40,866 bases of DNA, taken from contig JAHZEF010000002.1 of the NCBI GenBank assembly GCA_019422005.1, positions 1-40,866 of the forward strand, given 5' to 3'. A program made the translations under genes and the position numbers. This DNA comes from Clostridiales bacterium (GTDB lineage Bacteria > Bacillota > Clostridia > Oscillospirales > Oscillospiraceae). The notes beneath the pieces are model-generated. The model worked only from the letters and a program-made list of their open reading frames with translations, was not told the origin of the DNA and made no database searches. Positions 35,309 through 40,866 of the stretch are shown in pieces; the first letter of the stretch is position 1, and each line of letters begins with the position of its first letter.

Positions 35309-36889
35309 ATGAAGCATACGAAGCTGATCGCCCTGCTGCTCGTCCTGGCCGGACTGCCGGCCATCTTTGCGGGCTGTGCCGCCGGCACGGCGTCCCCGCC
35401 CGCCGATCCCGCGCCGCAGGCCGCCGCGCCCGCCGCGCAGCCCGAAGCCGCACCGGCTTCAGAATCCGCCGCCCCCAAATACGTCTTCCTGTTCATCGGC
35501 GACGGCATGAGCTACCCCCAAATCCAATCCACCTCGGACTTTCTCGGCGCGCTGAACGATGCGGATTACCGCATGGCCCAGCCCAGCCTGGACGACAACC
35601 AGGGCGCTGTCCTGGACGGCCCGGAATACCTGAACTTCATGAACTTTGAGGCGGCCGGTTCCGCCGTTACCTTCGACTCCAATTCCTTTGCTCCGGACTC
35701 CGCCTCCACCGCCACCTCCATCTCCACCGGCCACAAGACCTATTCCGGCTCCATCAACGTGGACGAGACCGGTTCCGTGGCCTACGAAGCGATCACCGAG
35801 CAGGTGCATGACCAGCTGGGCATGAGCGTCGGCGTGATCACCTCGGTCAATCTCAACCACGCCACGCCTGCAGCCTTCTACGCGCACCAGGCCAGCCGGA
35901 ACGACTATTACGAAATCGGCCTGGAACTGGTGGAATCCGGCTTTGAGTACTTCGCCGGCGGCGGCCTGCTCAAGCCCGACGGCGCCGACCCCGCCGCCCC
36001 CTCGGACAACCTGTACAGCCTGGCCGAGCAGGCCGGGTACCGGGTGGTGCGCACCCAGGCGGAGGCGGAAGCTGTTTCCGCCGGCCCGGTGATCATCATC
36101 GGCGAGCAGCTGGCAGATTCCGACGCGCTTCCCTATGAGCTGGACCGCAGCGACGATATGTGGGCGCTCTCCGACTATGTGGCCAAGGGCATTGAAGTCC
36201 TCTCCCAGGACGAAGACGGCTTCTTCCTGATGTGCGAAGGCGGCAAAATCGACTGGGCCTGCCATGCCAATGACGCCGCCTCCACCATCCGCGACACCGA
36301 AGCCCTGGCCGACGCGGTACAGGTGGCCGTCGACTTCGCGGCGGAACATCCCGACGAGACCCTGATCCTGGTTACCGGCGACCATGAGACCGGCGGCCTG
36401 ACCATCGGCTTTGCCGGCACCGACTACGACACCTATCTGGATCTCCTGGAGGCCCAGAAGATCTCCTACGCCAAATTTGACAGCGATTACGTGGCCGCCT
36501 ACAAGGAGCGCAAAACGCCCTTTGCCGACGTGCTCCGGGACGTGGAAGCGCTGTTCGGCCTGAAAGCCAGCGGGGAAGAGGGCGACCGCCTGGTGCTCAC
36601 CGAGTATGAACTGGAGCAGCTGCGCACCGCCTACGAAAAGAGCGTCCACGGCACCGCCGCCAGCCCCTATGAGCAGGAGGAAGCCGTACTCTACGGCACA
36701 TATGAGCCTCTGAGCGTCACAATCACCCATATCATCAACAACAAGGCCGGCATTTCCTTCACCTCTTACAGCCATACCGGCCTGCCCGTGGCCGTACTGG
36801 CCGACGGCGTCAACGCCGGGGTCTTCAACGGCTACTACGACAACACCGAGCTCTACAGCAAGCTGGCGGGGATGCTGGGCGTCGGATAA
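35309..36889 (+). CDS. Alkaline phosphatase lipoprotein
   Basis: Lipobox FAGC; IGDGM, DSAST (catalytic Ser), HATPA, EGGKIDWACH, GDHETGG, SHTG. Confidence 0.95.
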   Translation: MKHTKLIALLLVLAGLPAIFAGCAAGTASPPADPAPQAAAPAAQPEAAPASESAAPKYVFLFIGDGMSYPQIQSTSDFLGALNDADYRMAQPSLDDNQGAVLDGPEYLNFMNFEAAGSAVTFDSNSFAPDSASTATSISTGHKTYSGSINVDETGSVAYEAITEQVHDQLGMSVGVITSVNLNHATPAAFYAHQASRNDYYEIGLELVESGFEYFAGGGLLKPDGADPAAPSDNLYSLAEQAGYRVVRTQAEAEAVSAGPVIIIGEQLADSDALPYELDRSDDMWALSDYVAKGIEVLSQDEDGFFLMCEGGKIDWACHANDAASTIRDTEALADAVQVAVDFAAEHPDETLILVTGDHETGGLTIGFAGTDYDTYLDLLEAQKISYAKFDSDYVAAYKERKTPFADVLRDVEALFGLKASGEEGDRLVLTEYELEQLRTAYEKSVHGTAASPYEQEEAVLYGTYEPLSVTITHIINNKAGISFTSYSHTGLPVAVLADGVNAGVFNGYYDNTELYSKLAGMLGVG

Positions 36890-36907
36890 AATCTGCCCGC
36901 ACAGGGC

Positions 36908-36971
36908 GCCGCCCGGTCCGGCCGGACCGGGCGGCATTCCCCCACGGCGGCCTCTGCAGCGCAGAGGGCCG
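36908..36971. repeat. Two intercistronic hairpins
   Basis: Perfect 28-bp palindrome GCCGCCCGGTCCGGCCGGACCGGGCGGC, then CCTCTGC-agc-GCAGAGG. Confidence 0.6.
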
Positions 36972-37004
36972 CCCTCTCAATTTGAAAACAAGGAGCCTCC
37001 GCCT

Positions 37005-38168
37005 ATGCTGCGACAAACAACCCTGCGCGCCGTACGCCGCCATGCGCCTGCCCTTTCCTGCCTTCTGGTCATCGCCGTTCTGCTGCTTCTGCCCACAGGT
37101 TTTGAAGGGGCGCGGCTCTATCAGGAGGCGGAACGCTGCACGGCCAGAGTGCTGTCCGTGGACGATTCCACCATTGTGGACACCGGCCTGATCCGGTCCG
37201 GCGAACAGCGCTGCAGGCTGGAACTTCTGAACGGCAGATTCCAGGGGCAAACCGTAACCGGCGTCAACATGCTCAACGGCTCGCTGGAACAGGACAAGCT
37301 TTTTTCACCGGGCGACACGGCCATGGTCGTGGTCAGCCATGACGGCCGCGACATCACCAATGTCACCATGTCCGACCATTTCCGGCTGGGCTGGGAAGCG
37401 GTCATGGCGGCCGGCTTTGCCCTGCTGCTGATCCTGTTTGCCGGACGCGCCGGCGTCCGGGCCATCCTCTCTTTCATCCTGACTGTCCTGTGCCTGTGGA
37501 AGGTGCTGGTGCCGCTGTATCTCAAAGGCTGGAACCCCATCTGGACCGGGCTGGCCATCACCCTGTTTCTGACGCTCCTGATCCTCGCCCTGGTCTACGG
37601 CTTTGACCGCCGCTGCGCCTCCGCGGTATCCGGCTCCTTCCTGGGGATCCTGGTCACCTGTGTGCTGGGAATTCTTTTCACCGACCTGTTTCAAATCCAC
37701 GGCGCCGTGATGTCCTACGCGGAGAGCCTGCTCTATTCGGGTTATTCCCATCTGAACCTGACACAGATCTTTATGGCCTCCATCTTTTTGGGAGCCTCCG
37801 GCGCAGTGATGGATCTGTCTGTGGATATCACTTCCGCCGTCCACGAGGTTGTGGAAAAGCGGCCGGATCTGGGATGGAAAGAGGCCTGCCGCTCCGGGCT
37901 CAATGTGGGCCGGGCGGCCATGGGCACCATGACCACCACGCTCCTCTTCGCCTACTCCGGCGGCTATGCGGCGCTCCTGATGGTATTCATGGCCCAGGGG
38001 ACGCCCATCCTCCATATTCTCAACTACAAGTATGTGGCGGCAGAGCTGATCCACACGGTCATCGGTTCCTTCGGGCTGGTCACTGTCGCGCCGTTTACCG
38101 CCCTGTGCGCCGGCCTCCTCCTAACCCGGAAGGCCCCCGAGCTGCCGGACCGGCAGCACACAACGTAG
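37005..38168 (+). CDS. YibE/F family membrane protein
   Basis: GAVMDLSVDI, SGLNVGRAAMGTMTTTLLFAYSG; polytopic. Confidence 0.88.
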   Translation: MLRQTTLRAVRRHAPALSCLLVIAVLLLLPTGFEGARLYQEAERCTARVLSVDDSTIVDTGLIRSGEQRCRLELLNGRFQGQTVTGVNMLNGSLEQDKLFSPGDTAMVVVSHDGRDITNVTMSDHFRLGWEAVMAAGFALLLILFAGRAGVRAILSFILTVLCLWKVLVPLYLKGWNPIWTGLAITLFLTLLILALVYGFDRRCASAVSGSFLGILVTCVLGILFTDLFQIHGAVMSYAESLLYSGYSHLNLTQIFMASIFLGASGAVMDLSVDITSAVHEVVEKRPDLGWKEACRSGLNVGRAAMGTMTTTLLFAYSGGYAALLMVFMAQGTPILHILNYKYVAAELIHTVIGSFGLVTVAPFTALCAGLLLTRKAPELPDRQHTT

Positions 38169-38186
38169 AACCTTTCATTACAGCAC

Positions 38187-38216
38187 AAAAAGGCCAGCCG
38201 CCGGCTGGCCTTTTTT
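38187..38216. terminator. Bidirectional terminator
   Basis: AAAAAGGCCAGCC-gcc-GGCTGGCCTTTTTT. Confidence 0.85.
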
Positions 38217-38235
38217 CTATACAACGCCCTGTTCT

Positions 38236-38571
38236 TCAGGTATCCTCGGGTATTTTCATCAGAAATAATTTCAGCACATCCTCCGCCAATTTCAGTTCCC
38301 GGGGCATGCACCGCTGAAGCAGATCAATGACCGCCGAGGGATCCCCCGGCTCATATCCGTTGCCGAACAAAATGTATTCCATCGGCAGATGCATGGATCT
38401 GGAGAGCTTGATGAGGGTGTCGATGGACATCTGAGAAGTACCAACCTCCAGCTGCCCGTAGTAGCCGGTGCCGATGTCAGCCAGTTCCGACATCCTCTCC
38501 CGGGTCAGGCCCAGCTCCTGCCGCCGCTGCCGCAGCCGTTGGCCGATCGCAATCAGTTGCTGTTTCTCCAT
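38236..38571 (-). CDS. XRE family HTH regulator
   Basis: IGQRLRQRRQELGLTRERMSELADI..YYGQLEVG..MSIDTLIKL. Confidence 0.9.
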   Translation of the reverse strand: MEKQQLIAIGQRLRQRRQELGLTRERMSELADIGTGYYGQLEVGTSQMSIDTLIKLSRSMHLPMEYILFGNGYEPGDPSAVIDLLQRCMPRELKLAEDVLKLFLMKIPEDT

Positions 38572-38612
38572 TACGCTGTACCGCCTCTTTTTTATTACTT
38601 TCTGACGACACT

Positions 38613-38840
38613 TTGGCTCGGGTTTCCAACGGGCAGAATAACCTTGTCTGGTATGACAGAAGAGATGGCGTATGGTATGGCAGTGTGAACGGCTTGGATT
38701 TTATTGACGACCAGATTATCGTCGGAATGGACGTGCGGGGCTACGACGGCATCAGCTTTGAGACGGTTTGGATGTATGCAAACGCAGGGTATTACGGCAT
38801 CTGGCAGTTGACATCCTCCGGCTGGACGCGGGTTGGATAG
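38613..38840 (+). CDS. Possible small protein or 3' gene fragment (W/Y/G-rich)
   Basis: Protein-like composition but no RBS before the TTG; the frame stays open upstream. Confidence 0.35.
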   Translation: MARVSNGQNNLVWYDRRDGVWYGSVNGLDFIDDQIIVGMDVRGYDGISFETVWMYANAGYYGIWQLTSSGWTRVG

Positions 38841-38914
38841 CGGGCTGATCCTGTGGGATATTGCCTGTCCGGCAATCCCGATCAAGGAATTCCGTATCTC
38901 CGGCAGCATGCCGC

Positions 38915-38956
38915 AAAAGCAGCCCCCTCGATTCGGTGGGAATCGAGGGAGCTGCT
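38915..38956 (-). terminator. ppdK terminator
   Basis: GCAGC-CCCTCGATTC...GAATCGAGGG-GCTGC stem with T-run on the minus strand. Confidence 0.8.
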
Positions 38957-38987
38957 GTTTGGATTACGCCAGGAAACCCGGAGGAAT

Positions 38988-40866
38988 TTATTTCCTCGGA
39001 TTCTTGATGTTGGCCTGGGCGGCAGCCAGACGGGCGATGGGCACGCGGAAGGGGCTGCAGCTGACGTAGGTCAGGCCCACGTTGTGGCAGAACTCCACGG
39101 TGCTGGGATCGCCGCCCTGCTCGCCGCAGATCCCCAGCTTGATATCCGGCCGGGTCTGACGGCCCAGTCTGCAGGCCATTTCCACCAGGCGGCCGACGCC
39201 GATCTGATCCAGGCGGGAGAAGGGGTCGGACTCGTAAATCTTGCGGTCATAGTAAGAAGCCAGGAACTTGCCCGCATCGTCGCGGGAGAAGCCGAAGGTC
39301 ATCTGCGTCAGGTCGTTGGTGCCGAAACTGAAGAACTCGGCCTCCTTAGCGATGTCGTCGGCGGTCAGCGCGGCGCGGGGAATTTCGATCATGGTGCCGA
39401 CCTTATAATGCATGTCGGAGCCGGCTTCTTTGATGATCCGCTTGGCGGTGGCGTCAATGACCGACTTGACATAGGCCAGCTCGCGGGCTTCGCCGACCAG
39501 GGGAACCATGATTTCCGGCTCGATCTTCCAGGCGGGACGGCGGCTGCGGACGGCCAGCGCCGCTTTGATGATGGCGGCGGTCTGCATCTTGGCGATTTCC
39601 GGATACGTCACGTCCAGACGGCAGCCGCGGTGGCCCATCATGGGGTTGAACTCATGGAGGGAAGCGATGACGCTCTGCAGATGGTCGCCGCTGATCTTCG
39701 TCTCCTTGGCCAGGGCGATGATGTCCTCTTCCTCGGTGGGGACAAACTCATGGAGCGGGGGATCCAGCAGGCGGATGGTCACCGGGCGGCCCTTCATGGC
39801 TTCGTAAATCGCCTCAAAATCGCCCTGCTGCATGGGTTCCAGCTTCTCCAGCGCCTTTTCACGCTGCTCCACCGTATCAGACACGATCATCTGCCGGATC
39901 GCGGCAATCCGGTCGGGGTCAAAGAACATATGCTCGGTGCGGCACAGGCCGATGCCTTCCGCGCCGAAGTTGAACGCCTGGCGGGCGTCCTTGGGGGTGT
40001 CGGCGTTGGTGCGCACCTGCAGGGCACGGAACTTGTCCGCCCAGGCCATAATACGGCCGAACTCGCCGGAGATCTCCGCCTCGGCGGTATGCAGGCGCTC
40101 GCCATAGATGTTGCCGGTGGAACCGTCCAGGGAAATCCAGTCGCCTTCCTTATAGACCTTCCCGCCCAGCTCAAACTTCTTGTTGGCCTCATCCATCTTG
40201 ATGGCGCCGCAGCCGGAGACGCAGCAGGTGCCCATGCCGCGGGCAACGACGGCCGCATGGGAGGTCATGCCGCCGCGGACCGTCAGGATGCCGCGGGCAA
40301 AGTGCATGCCTTCAATATCTTCGGGGCTGGTCTCCAGGCGGACCAGAATGACCTTGTGGCCCTTCTCCACCCAGTCGACCACGTCGTCAGCAGTAAACAC
40401 AATCTGGCCGGCCGCTGCGCCGGGGGACGCGGCCAGGCCCTGGCCCACGGGCTTCACCCGCTCCAGCTCCTCCTTGGGGAAGGTGGGATGCAGCAGGGAA
40501 TCCAGGCTCTTGGGATCGATCATGCACACGGCCTCTTCCTCGGAGATCATGCCCTCGTCCACCAGGTCGCAGGCGATCTTCAGCGCGGCGGCGGCGGTGC
40601 GCTTGCCGTTGCGGGTCTGGAGCATGAACAGCTTCTTGTTCTCAATGGTGAACTCCATATCCTGCATGTCGCGGTAATGGTACTCCAGCTTGTGGCAGAT
40701 GTCCACAAACTGCTCATAAACCTCGGGCATGACTTCCTTCAGCTGGTCGATGGTCTGCGGCGTACGGACGCCGGCCACCACGTCCTCGCCCTGGGCGTTC
40801 ATCAGGAATTCGCCGAACAGCTTCTTCTCGCCGGTGGCGGGGTTGCGGGTGAAGGCCACGCCGGTG
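38988..40866 (-). CDS. ppdK: Pyruvate, phosphate dikinase (5' part outside window)
   Basis: NAQGEDVVAGVRTP, LQTRNGKR, GGMTSHAAVVARG phospho-His, FSFGTNDLTQ, GICGE. Confidence 0.97.
   Translation of the reverse strand, partial: TGVAFTRNPATGEKKLFGEFLMNAQGEDVVAGVRTPQTIDQLKEVMPEVYEQFVDICHKLEYHYRDMQDMEFTIENKKLFMLQTRNGKRTAAAALKIACDLVDEGMISEEEAVCMIDPKSLDSLLHPTFPKEELERVKPVGQGLAASPGAAAGQIVFTADDVVDWVEKGHKVILVRLETSPEDIEGMHFARGILTVRGGMTSHAAVVARGMGTCCVSGCGAIKMDEANKKFELGGKVYKEGDWISLDGSTGNIYGERLHTAEAEISGEFGRIMAWADKFRALQVRTNADTPKDARQAFNFGAEGIGLCRTEHMFFDPDRIAAIRQMIVSDTVEQREKALEKLEPMQQGDFEAIYEAMKGRPVTIRLLDPPLHEFVPTEEEDIIALAKETKISGDHLQSVIASLHEFNPMMGHRGCRLDVTYPEIAKMQTAAIIKAALAVRSRRPAWKIEPEIMVPLVGEARELAYVKSVIDATAKRIIKEAGSDMHYKVGTMIEIPRAALTADDIAKEAEFFSFGTNDLTQMTFGFSRDDAGKFLASYYDRKIYESDPFSRLDQIGVGRLVEMACRLGRQTRPDIKLGICGEQGGDPSTVEFCHNVGLTYVSCSPFRVPIARLAAAQANIKNPRK

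Noticed and set aside
1..40866. CRISPR arrays, rRNA, transposases, integrases, selenocysteine read-through
   Set aside because: No regularly spaced repeats, rRNA-like sequence, recombinase motifs or in-frame TGA at catalytic Cys positions were seen by eye.

Overview
GC-rich Clostridia-type (probably Oscillospiraceae-like; inferred) chromosomal window. Left: 5' end of a probable uvrA, a nitroreductase, a rhodanese-TlpA lipoprotein / tiny CxxC membrane protein / 4Fe-4S membrane protein operon, a decayed-looking ~2.2 kb segment next to tRNA-Gly(CCC), then tatD, a hypothetical gene and mnmG. Centre (8796-28982): a ~20 kb, visibly lower-GC catabolic cluster for an unknown substrate. It contains a CdaR/PucR regulator with recurring TTGT-N8-ACAA boxes, a BMP-family ABC importer, a lactonase, a SnoaL-like protein, an SDR, two Fe-ADHs, an ADP-forming CoA ligase, three crotonases, two 3-hydroxyacyl-CoA dehydrogenases, a thiolase, PduL and a variant acetate kinase, but no acyl-CoA dehydrogenase/ETF. 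Right: LysR; a DAHP synthase preceded by an unannotated 23-aa leader peptide with consecutive Trp-Tyr-Phe codons and protector/antiterminator/terminator hairpins; DUF2156 and GNAT genes; a membrane protein; alkaline phosphatase with Pho-box-like repeats plus YibE/F; an XRE regulator; and the 3' part of ppdK. The two strongest leads are the WYF attenuator and the catabolic cluster. Family calls come from motif recognition only; no database search was run.
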